From the NCBI GenBank assembly GCA_029551285.1, contig JAKPFT010000018.1:6584-70583 (forward strand): a DNA stretch of 64,000 nt, read 5' to 3'. The notes under the pieces were generated by a model, which ran no database searches, was not told the origin of the DNA, and was given only the letters and a program-made list of their open reading frames with translations. The first letter of the stretch is position 1. Every line of letters begins with the position of its first letter. Positions 56,555-64,000 of this stretch are shown piece by piece. The position numbers and the translations under genes are program-made. Origin of the DNA: a bacterium (GTDB lineage Bacteria > Ratteibacteria > UBA8468 > B48-G9 > DSTR01).

Positions 56555-59500
56555 GGTTTTCCTCCTTCCCCTGATTGAGACGACTTTCAAAGAAATGATA
56601 GACGACCGGTACGAAAAGCAGGGTAATCAGCGTGGAACTGAGTAATCCTCCGATGACCGCACGGGCTAAAGGCGCCTGGAACTCACCGCCCTCACCAAGA
56701 CCCAGCGCCATAGGCACAAGTGCCAGTATTGTCGTCAGGGCCGTCATCAGAATGGGCCGAAGCCGGCGCCGGCCAGCTTCTTCAATGGCTTCTTTAAGCT
56801 GGAAGCGGTCACGATGACGCAGCAGGTTAATATGGTCCACCAGCACAATGGCGTTATTGACCACAATCCCGCCCAGCATGATACAGCCGATAATGGACTG
56901 CAGATTAAAGGTTGTCCCGCTCAGGAAAAGCAACCAGAGAACGCCGATGGCCGCTGGCGGGACAGAAAACATGACCACAAAAGGGTCCTGCAGGGACTCA
57001 TACAGGGAGACCATAACCATGTACACCAGTACCAGGGATAATACGAAAACCAGTACCAGTTCCTGAAATGCCTCCTGCTGCTGCTCATACTCGCCTCCAA
57101 AACCGATGGAGAAATCGGCCGGCAGGGTGAGCGAGGAGAGCCGCTCTTTAATATCCCTCAAAACGGAGCCGAGGTCGCGGTCACTGATATTGGCGGAAAC
57201 CGTGACCAGCCGCTCCTGGTCCTTTCTCTGAATGCTGACAGGACCACGGTGCGCCTGAGTCTTCACCACATTTTTCAGAAGCACCGCTTCTCCCCGGGAG
57301 TTGGTCACGGTCAGATTCAGAATCTCGCTTAAAGCCATCCGGTCAGCATCCTTAAACTGGACAAGTATCCGGTATTCCTTGCCGCCCTCGCGGTAGTAAC
57401 TGGCGATACTGCCTCCCAAAGTGGTTTCCAGCGTCTGAGCAATCTGGGAGACGGTGAGCTTCATATCCGCGGCCTTGCTCCGGTCAATCAGTATAAGTTC
57501 CTCCGGAGTGCTGGATTCCCGGCTGATCACGGCATCGGTCACGCCTTCCACATCCTCCACGATTTTTTTCACCTGGGCGGCCAGGCCATCGGCTGTTTCC
57601 AGGTCATAACCTCTGATTTCCACCTGGACTCTTTCGCCGCCGCCGCCAAAGCCGCGCATAAGCATCATGGTAAACATCCCTGTGCCGGCCCGGGTGCGGA
57701 TGGTCAGTCCGGGAATGCTGGACAACTTCCGGCGTAAGGCTGCGGCGACCTGGTCGCTGGAACGCTTTCGCTGACTCTTAGGCTTTAACGCAATCCGCAT
57801 CTGACCCCTGTGGCTTCCGGTGGAACCATAACCGAAGCCGCCGCCGATGGTGGCTACCATGCTTTTCCTCTCTTTGACTTCATCGTTGACCACAGTTTCC
57901 ATGGCCTGGAACTGTTCCTCCAGCACCGCCAGTTTCGTTCCCACCTCAGCCTCAGCCTCCACCCGAACTTCAGCTTCATCGCTCTGGGGCATCAGTTCCA
58001 CGCCAATGAGAGGCGCCAGCAGGAAACTGCCTGCCAGCAACAGAAGGACGCTGAGCACCACCCGGCGCCGATGCGAGAGTGCCCAGTGTAAAGATTGTTT
58101 ATAAGCCTTTTCCATCTGTTCAAACATTTTTCCAGTAATTATAATGAGTTTATGGCCGAGGGTCTCGTGGGACCAGGTGGAGAGGTCTAACGGGTGAAGA
58201 TACCTTGAAGCCAGCATGGGAACAACGGAAAGAGCGACGATTAGAGAACACAGCAAGGCAAAAGAAACGACTATGGCTAACTGTCGGAACAGCGCTCCGG
58301 CCATGCCCCGCAGGAAGACCAGCGGCAGAAAAACCACCACGGTGGTTAAGGTGCTGGCGATGACCGCTGCGGCTACCTCCTGACTGCCCTGAATTGCAGC
58401 CTGTTCCGAACTGAGACCGGACTCCCGCAGGCGGTAAATGTTCTCCAGCACGACAATGGAGTTGTCCACCAGCATCCCCACGCCCAGAGCCAGGCCACCG
58501 AGGGTCATCATATTCAGGGTGAAGCCAGAAAAATAGATCAGGGCAAAGGTAGTGATAATGGAGGTGGGAATGGAAATGGCGATGATGGCGGTACTGGCAA
58601 TATTCCGGAGGAAAAAGAGCAGAACCAGGATGGCAAAGCCGCCGCCGTAGAAAGCCGAGGAACCCACGGAAGCGATGGAACGTTTGATATAGTCTGCAGA
58701 ATCAACAATCGGCACCAGTTCTATCTGCGGCATCTCCCGATTGATTTTTTCCACTTCGGCCAGGACCAGCCGGGCCACTTCTACGGTGTTTTTGCCTGAT
58801 TGTTTGGTCACGGCCAGGTAAACTCCCGGCCGGCCATTGACCCGGACAATCCGGGTGACCTTCTGAGCCCGGTCCTCCACGCTGGCGATCTCCTTCAGCC
58901 TGACCGGGACGCCACCAATAACGGCCACCACTGTTTCCCGAATCTGCTCCAGGCTGGTATATTCTCCTGGCGTGCGAATGATGACATCGTAATGGCCGCG
59001 TTCTACACTGCCGGCTGGCTGGGTGACATTGCTGGCTTTGATGGCGTTGAGAATTTGCTCCAGCGGTATTCCCAGGGCTTTGATGCGGCTGGCGTACAGA
59101 CTGACGCGAATTTCTCTTTCCAGACCTCCCCGGATGTCCAGGGAAGCCACACCCGGAATTCTTTCCAGACGGTACTTTATCTGGTCATCAATGACCTTCC
59201 GCAATTGGATAGGGTCTAACACGCTGGAGGCGCCCATGATGAGAATGGGCATGCTGGAAGGGTCAAACTTCATCAATCTGGGCCGGTCCATATCTTCCGG
59301 CAGACGGGAAATAATTCTGTCCACCCGGTCCCGGACGTCGTTGGCGGCCACATCAAGGTCTGTTCCCCAGGAGAAAGATACCCGGACCTGGCTTCGGCCT
59401 TCAGAAGATTCAGAAGAGATTTCTTCCACACCGGGGACAGCGCTCACGGCTTCTTCAATGGGTCGGGTGACCAGTTCTTCCATTTCTTCCGGACTGGCAT

Positions 59501-59657
59501 TCTCGTAGGTGGAAGAAAGGACCAGGGTAGGGTAGCTGATATCCGGCATGAGGTCTATCGGCAGTCTTCTTAAGGCAATACCGCCGATGATGAGGGCGCT
59601 CAGCATCGCCATCATGGTCAGCTTTGGCCGCCGCACGCAGAAAGCAGAAAGGTTCAC
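56547..59657 (-). CDS. RND efflux permease (AcrB/SwrC-like)
   Basis: LP.DLMPDI..P, GMLVDNSIVVLENI, GIVVNNAIVLVD, RLRPILMT, PLARAVIGGL. Confidence 0.95.
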   Translation of the reverse strand: MNLSAFCVRRPKLTMMAMLSALIIGGIALRRLPIDLMPDISYPTLVLSSTYENASPEEMEELVTRPIEEAVSAVPGVEEISSESSEGRSQVRVSFSWGTDLDVAANDVRDRVDRIISRLPEDMDRPRLMKFDPSSMPILIMGASSVLDPIQLRKVIDDQIKYRLERIPGVASLDIRGGLEREIRVSLYASRIKALGIPLEQILNAIKASNVTQPAGSVERGHYDVIIRTPGEYTSLEQIRETVVAVIGGVPVRLKEIASVEDRAQKVTRIVRVNGRPGVYLAVTKQSGKNTVEVARLVLAEVEKINREMPQIELVPIVDSADYIKRSIASVGSSAFYGGGFAILVLLFFLRNIASTAIIAISIPTSIITTFALIYFSGFTLNMMTLGGLALGVGMLVDNSIVVLENIYRLRESGLSSEQAAIQGSQEVAAAVIASTLTTVVVFLPLVFLRGMAGALFRQLAIVVSFALLCSLIVALSVVPMLASRYLHPLDLSTWSHETLGHKLIIITGKMFEQMEKAYKQSLHWALSHRRRVVLSVLLLLAGSFLLAPLIGVELMPQSDEAEVRVEAEAEVGTKLAVLEEQFQAMETVVNDEVKERKSMVATIGGGFGYGSTGSHRGQMRIALKPKSQRKRSSDQVAAALRRKLSSIPGLTIRTRAGTGMFTMMLMRGFGGGGERVQVEIRGYDLETADGLAAQVKKIVEDVEGVTDAVISRESSTPEELILIDRSKAADMKLTVSQIAQTLETTLGGSIASYYREGGKEYRILVQFKDADRMALSEILNLTVTNSRGEAVLLKNVVKTQAHRGPVSIQRKDQERLVTVSANISDRDLGSVLRDIKERLSSLTLPADFSIGFGGEYEQQQEAFQELVLVFVLSLVLVYMVMVSLYESLQDPFVVMFSVPPAAIGVLWLLFLSGTTFNLQSIIGCIMLGGIVVNNAIVLVDHINLLRHRDRFQLKEAIEEAGRRRLRPILMTALTTILALVPMALGLGEGGEFQAPLARAVIGGLLSSTLITLLFVPVVYHFFESRLNQGKEENHA

Positions 59658-60889
59658 GGACGTCCTCCAGCGACCTGGCGGCGGGAACTTTTGCCATGGC
59701 CAGTGGTGGCCGCACCGGAAGACTCCTTTTCCGGTAAAGTGACCGGTGAGCCATCGCTCAACAGGTGATGCCCCAGAGTTACCACATAGCCAGCCAGGGC
59801 GGGCCTGGTAATCTCCACTTCTTCTTCAGTGATAATGCCTGTTTCCACCGGGACAAAACGAACCTTTTTCTCCTTTTCCTCCAGGAGAAAAACTCCCGGC
59901 TGCTCGCCCCGTTTAGTCAGGGCGGAAAAGGGCACTACCGTGGCTTGCTCATGGCGGGCCAGTTCTATCTCTGCCCGGACAAAGCCGCCTGGTTTGAGCA
60001 GATGTCCTGGATTGGCCGCGGTCACTTCCACCTGGGCCGCCCGCGCTTCTTCCTTGAGGGCCGGCGCAATCCTGACTATCCGGCCAACAAATTTTCTGTC
60101 GGCACAACTGTCAGTGGTGAAGGTCACCGTTTGACCCCGGTGTAGCCGGTAGTAGTCTTCCTCGGCTACGTGGAGAACTACCTTCACAGTATCTATATCC
60201 AGAATGGAGATGATGCCGTCATTAGCGCGCAGCATGGAGCCGACGTCAACGAAACGCTCGCCCACCACTCTAATTTTGCTGCCACCTTCCCAGGTGGCCT
60301 GAATTCTGGTGAAGGAGAGTCTTACCTCGGCCGCCTTCAGCGCCGCCCTTTTCTGTTCTACCTGGGCTAGGGCCACCTTATACCTGGCTTCCCGGGCTTT
60401 ATAGTTGGCCTCAACCTCATCTAATTCTGCCTGGGAGGCAATTTTCTTTTCCCGGAGAAGCCTGGTTCTTTCCAGGTCGCGTTTGGCCATCTCCAGACTG
60501 CTTTCACAGTCAAGAACATTGGCTTTAGCCACTTCTAATTCCGCCCGGGCGGCTTCCACCTCCTCCTGGTATTCCTGGCTGTCAAGGAGAGCCACCAGCT
60601 GGCCCTGGATGACCGTGTCTGCCACATCCACCAGCAGTTTCTCCAGTCTACCGGCAACTCTGGGCGCTACCACAAACCGGGATTGCGGCAAAATGGAACC
60701 GGTAAACCGGGCTGTTTCCGAAATGGTTTTCTTTGCTACCGGGGCCACCCTGACGGCGACCGGACCCCGGGCTGGCTTACCGGCCGGCCCCCTGAGTGCT
60801 CTGGCGAGTTTTTGATAAACCTGTTTACCGAAAAGAGCCAGAACAAGCAGCACCAGTACCAGAAGAAACAACTTCCTGGCCTTTTTCAT
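59654..60889 (-). CDS. RND periplasmic adaptor (membrane fusion protein)
   Basis: N-terminal anchor, V.PRVAGR lipoyl half, coiled-coil hairpin, LKPG.F, VP.SA, V.TG. Confidence 0.92.
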   Translation of the reverse strand: MKKARKLFLLVLVLLVLALFGKQVYQKLARALRGPAGKPARGPVAVRVAPVAKKTISETARFTGSILPQSRFVVAPRVAGRLEKLLVDVADTVIQGQLVALLDSQEYQEEVEAARAELEVAKANVLDCESSLEMAKRDLERTRLLREKKIASQAELDEVEANYKAREARYKVALAQVEQKRAALKAAEVRLSFTRIQATWEGGSKIRVVGERFVDVGSMLRANDGIISILDIDTVKVVLHVAEEDYYRLHRGQTVTFTTDSCADRKFVGRIVRIAPALKEEARAAQVEVTAANPGHLLKPGGFVRAEIELARHEQATVVPFSALTKRGEQPGVFLLEEKEKKVRFVPVETGIITEEEVEITRPALAGYVVTLGHHLLSDGSPVTLPEKESSGAATTGHGKSSRRQVAGGRP

Positions 60890-60990
60890 TTTTCTTTCCT
60901 CCGGGTAAAAATCTGTCTCAGTTTCCTTTGACGGACAGAGCAGGCCAATCGTTTATCACAGACCTCTGCTGAACAGAAATTCTAACGGAT

Positions 60991-61018
60991 ATTTTAATCG
61001 CCTATTTGAACCTGTCAA
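60991..61018 (-). promoter_or_regulatory. sigma70 promoter for the RND operon
   Basis: Minus strand TTGACA-16-TAAAAT. Confidence 0.6.
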
Positions 61019-61053
61019 GGAAAAAATTATCTGACTGAAAAGAATGGAACTAA

Positions 61054-61082
61054 TTGCTTGCTCAGGTGAGTTATGTTATCCT
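61054..61082 (+). promoter_or_regulatory. sigma70 promoter for the 61118-cysK operon
   Basis: TTGCTT-17-(TG-T)TATCCT. Confidence 0.5.
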
Positions 61083-61117
61083 TATAACCACGGCGACCCT
61101 GATGGAAAGGAGAAGCG

Positions 61118-61471
61118 ATGATTTACAAGCATGAGGAGTATATTGAAGAGAATGCTGCGGACAGCAAGTTTCCCATCAAGCAGATTGAACAGTTAACCTC
61201 TCTTGACGGGAAGGTGAAGAAGTTTATCGGTCGGGTTAGCCTGGCGCTTCAGACACCCATGGGAATGACGACTATTCCGGTGACCTTTGAGATTGAGGCC
61301 GCTACCATTCAGGAAGCCTTTGCTAAATTTTCCGAGCGGGCTGAAGCCGAAATTGAAAGTGCCAAACGAGACCTTCATGCGGAGCTGCAGGAGTTGCGGC
61401 GGCAGAATGCCAGCCGGATTATTCCCGCCACGGGAATCCCCACCGATATTAACAAGATTAAACTGCCCTGA
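61118..61471 (+). CDS. Conserved hypothetical cytoplasmic protein
   Basis: AAGGAG SD, 117 aa, F.G...L.TPMG..IP.TFEIEA.TI.EAF..F...A and a C-terminal RIIP motif. Confidence 0.75.
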   Translation: MIYKHEEYIEENAADSKFPIKQIEQLTSLDGKVKKFIGRVSLALQTPMGMTTIPVTFEIEAATIQEAFAKFSERAEAEIESAKRDLHAELQELRRQNASRIIPATGIPTDINKIKLP

Positions 61472-61498
61472 AGTGGAAAAACCCTGAGAGAGGTTTTC

Positions 61499-62386
61499 GT
61501 GGAAGTGAAAAGTGTGCTGGAACTGATTGGTCAGACAGCGCTGGTGCGTCTGGGCAAAGAACGAATTTTTGCCAAGGCTGAGTTTCTCAATCCTGGCGGC
61601 AGCATCAAGGATAGGGTAGCCCTGGCTATGATTGAAGGCGCCGAGCGCCGGGGCCGGCTAAAACCGGACTCCATTATCGTGGAACCAACTTCTGGCAATA
61701 CCGGTATCGCTGTGGCTCTGGTTGGCCGTCTTAAGGGTTACCGGGTGCGGATTGTTATGCCGGAAGGAATGAGTGAGGAAAGGAAAAAAATTATCAGAGC
61801 GTTAGGGGCAGAACTTATCCTGACGCCGGACCGTACCGGGATTGCCGGAGCGGTGGAAAAGGTGAGGGAACTGGCGGCGCAGGACCCAAGAATTTATGTC
61901 CCCCAGCAGTTTGAAAATCCGGACAATCCCAGGTGTCATTATGAACAAACGGCGGTGGAACTGTGGCGACAGATGGACGGCGAGATTTGCGCCTTTGTAG
62001 CCGGTGTGGGTAGCGGCGGGACACTTCAGGGCGTGGGCAAGTTTCTGAAAGACAAAAAACCGAAAATACTGGTGGCAGCAGTAGAACCAAAGGGTGTCTC
62101 GGCTCTTTTAGGCCATGAGCCGGGGCTTCATCGTATTCAGGGAATTGGCGATGGTTTTATTCCGGCCATCCTGGACGTTTCTCTGGTGGACCGGGTGATA
62201 GAAGTCAGTGATGAAGACGCCATTGAAACCACCCGCTGGCTCAGCCGGCAGCACGGTCTGCTGGTAGGCACTTCCTCAGGAGCCAATGTCTGGGCAGCCA
62301 GGCAGTTAGCGGCAGAATTAGACGGCAATATCGCCACCGTGCTTCCTGACCGGGCTGAACGCTATTTCAGCACGGCTCTGCTTTAA
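61499..62386 (+). CDS. cysK: Cysteine synthase A (O-acetylserine sulfhydrylase)
   Basis: NPGGSIKDR (PLP lysine), EPTSGNTG, QQFENP.N, GVGSGGT, HRIQGIG, G.SSGAN, PD.AERY.ST. Confidence 0.93.
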   Translation: MEVKSVLELIGQTALVRLGKERIFAKAEFLNPGGSIKDRVALAMIEGAERRGRLKPDSIIVEPTSGNTGIAVALVGRLKGYRVRIVMPEGMSEERKKIIRALGAELILTPDRTGIAGAVEKVRELAAQDPRIYVPQQFENPDNPRCHYEQTAVELWRQMDGEICAFVAGVGSGGTLQGVGKFLKDKKPKILVAAVEPKGVSALLGHEPGLHRIQGIGDGFIPAILDVSLVDRVIEVSDEDAIETTRWLSRQHGLLVGTSSGANVWAARQLAAELDGNIATVLPDRAERYFSTALL

Positions 62387-62405
62387 GAAAAATTTCAGGT
62401 GAGAA

Positions 62406-64000
62406 ATGAAAGCCGCTCAGTTTTTCCTTTTTTTTCTCGGGCTGGTTTTATTTCCTTTCAGTCAGGCCCGGGGTTACCAGCGGACCATTGAAGCCGAAGA
62501 CTGCAGTCTGGAACCAGGCGGTTTCCGCATCCACCAGAACATAGGCAGTTATTCGGGTGAAGGGTATATGATTATTCTCTGGAAAGCCGGTCAGAGCCAT
62601 GGCCGGCTCCAGAAAAAACTGGAATGTTCTCTTCCCCCGGGTCGGTACCGGCTTTCTCTGTTGACCTTTGCGGAAGGAGCGGAGAACGCCAATCAGGTAC
62701 GGTTGGCCCTTAACGGTGCGGCCACTACTCTTTCCTGGCCTGACAGGACAGTGGCGGCTGGACAGCGGCACTGGCTTTCCGGTGAGGTGGTGACGCAACA
62801 GCCCGGAGACCTTTTTTCTCTTGAGGTTTTGAAAGCCCACGAGCGGTTAATCCTTGATACTTTCAGGATAGAATCAGTCCTGCCGTCTGAGGGTAAAGTG
62901 GCGCCTCCTGGAAACTTAGTGGAAAACAGCAGTTTTGAGGGCCTGACGGCCGACTGGTTCACCCCCTATCAGTGTGGTTACGCTCTCCTGCCGGGCTACA
63001 TTGATTTAACACAGGCCTACCATGGCCAGAGCAGCCTGCGTCTGCCCGGACCGATGAGTGTGCTTTCCCGGCCCTATCAGGTTGAGGCCGGCCAGGTGTA
63101 TTCTCTTTCTCTGTGGGCGAAAACAGTCCAGGCCACGGAGGTTTCTCTGGCCCTCACCGGAGAAATGGGCTGGAAAAGTTTTCTTCACAGGAAGTTTACT
63201 CTTAGTCCCGAACAGGGCTGGCAGCGGCTGGTCCTTACCGGCGAAGTGCCGGCCAGGCTCGCAGAGCTCATGATTAAGATAGAAGTTAGCGGACCTGTCT
63301 GGCTTGACGCGGTGCAGCTGGAACGAGGTCAGCCCACGGCTTATCAACCGAAGAATCCAGTGAGTCTCGGTTTTCTCTGGCCAGAAGTGGGCCGGGTCTT
63401 TCTTCAGGGGAAAAATGTCACCTGGCAGGTCCTTTTTTCCGGCCAGGGTGAGACGACAGTGGTTTTTGCTTACTCTGTCTATGACATAAACGACCGGCTG
63501 GTTCAGAGGAAAGAAGAAAGGATTGCGCTAAGACAGGGTTTTGCCCGGAAGACGATAGAACTGCCAGGAGATAAAAGTGGCATCTACCGGGTCCGATGCA
63601 CCAGCCCGGAGAAGAAGGAATTAACTTACGCGGTCGTGCCTGAATACGCAGAGCCGGATTCGGTGCTGGGGGCCTACATTACCTTGAAGGAGGAACCACT
63701 GGCCATTCTTTCCCGGATGGGCATCCGCTGGAATAATACCTTAAGTTGTGGTGGCATCCTGGGCACCTGGAGTCTGGTGGAACCGGAGAAGGGTAAGTTT
63801 GTCTGGGCGGACGAGGCTGTGGCACTGGCCGAAAAATACGGGTTCAAAATTCTGGCCAATCTCCACGCCTATTTCCCCCGCTGGGTCCTTTCCCGGGAAC
63901 CGCCGGAGGAACCGTTCCTGAAGACCGGCAACCAGTATTTCAGACTATCAGACTGGGAAAATTTCGTGCAGAAAACCGTGGAGCATTATCGGGACAGGAT
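62406..64000 (+). CDS. Secreted putative clan GH-A glycoside hydrolase with CBM-like domains (3'-truncated by the window edge, absent from the ORF track)
   Basis: Manual translation is open from ATG 62406 to the window end: signal peptide, IEAED, NLVENSSFE, WLDAVQLE, TLSCGG...WSLVEPEKGKFVW, WENFVQKTVEHYRDR. Confidence 0.8.
   Translation, partial: MKAAQFFLFFLGLVLFPFSQARGYQRTIEAEDCSLEPGGFRIHQNIGSYSGEGYMIILWKAGQSHGRLQKKLECSLPPGRYRLSLLTFAEGAENANQVRLALNGAATTLSWPDRTVAAGQRHWLSGEVVTQQPGDLFSLEVLKAHERLILDTFRIESVLPSEGKVAPPGNLVENSSFEGLTADWFTPYQCGYALLPGYIDLTQAYHGQSSLRLPGPMSVLSRPYQVEAGQVYSLSLWAKTVQATEVSLALTGEMGWKSFLHRKFTLSPEQGWQRLVLTGEVPARLAELMIKIEVSGPVWLDAVQLERGQPTAYQPKNPVSLGFLWPEVGRVFLQGKNVTWQVLFSGQGETTVVFAYSVYDINDRLVQRKEERIALRQGFARKTIELPGDKSGIYRVRCTSPEKKELTYAVVPEYAEPDSVLGAYITLKEEPLAILSRMGIRWNNTLSCGGILGTWSLVEPEKGKFVWADEAVALAEKYGFKILANLHAYFPRWVLSREPPEEPFLKTGNQYFRLSDWENFVQKTVEHYRDR

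Overview
Compact bacterial chromosome segment from a diderm (LPS-making) organism. The DUF1559/H-X9-DG pilin-like genes, the lpxC-fabZ fusion and the ilvE-mcsA-mcsB-clpC-bamA-skp-lpxD order suggest the PVC superphylum (e.g. Omnitrophota/Ratteibacteria-like), which is inference. Contents: (1) 1.9-20.6 kb, two convergent clusters, each headed by pilin-like (prepilin N-terminus, H-X9-DG type C-terminus) genes and followed by very large secreted glycan-active proteins. (2) 20.7-31.8 kb, a sulfatase pseudogene, an ABC exporter whose 3' end runs antisense into tRNA-Glu(CTC), and a PHP/YHS/exonuclease-WYL/Csp/TPR/beta-barrel/HD cluster. (3) 31.8-48.8 kb, a minus-strand envelope and proteostasis gene run (lolC/E, lolD, ilvE, mcsA, mcsB, clpC, bamA, skp, lpxD, lpxC-fabZ, lpxA, lpxI) interrupted by two sulfatases. 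(4) 48.9-64 kb, GH78, a URO-D-like gene, two related clan-A-like glycosidases, an RND efflux pump and cysK. The most unusual non-coding signal is an unrecognised ~300-bp, apparently highly structured element. It occurs as a 3-copy tandem array (30334-31244) and as a solo copy (46586-46907). Both are intergenic, sense to the flanking genes, and share a head, a tail and a CA junction. No transposase, integrase, reverse transcriptase or cas gene is visible in the window.
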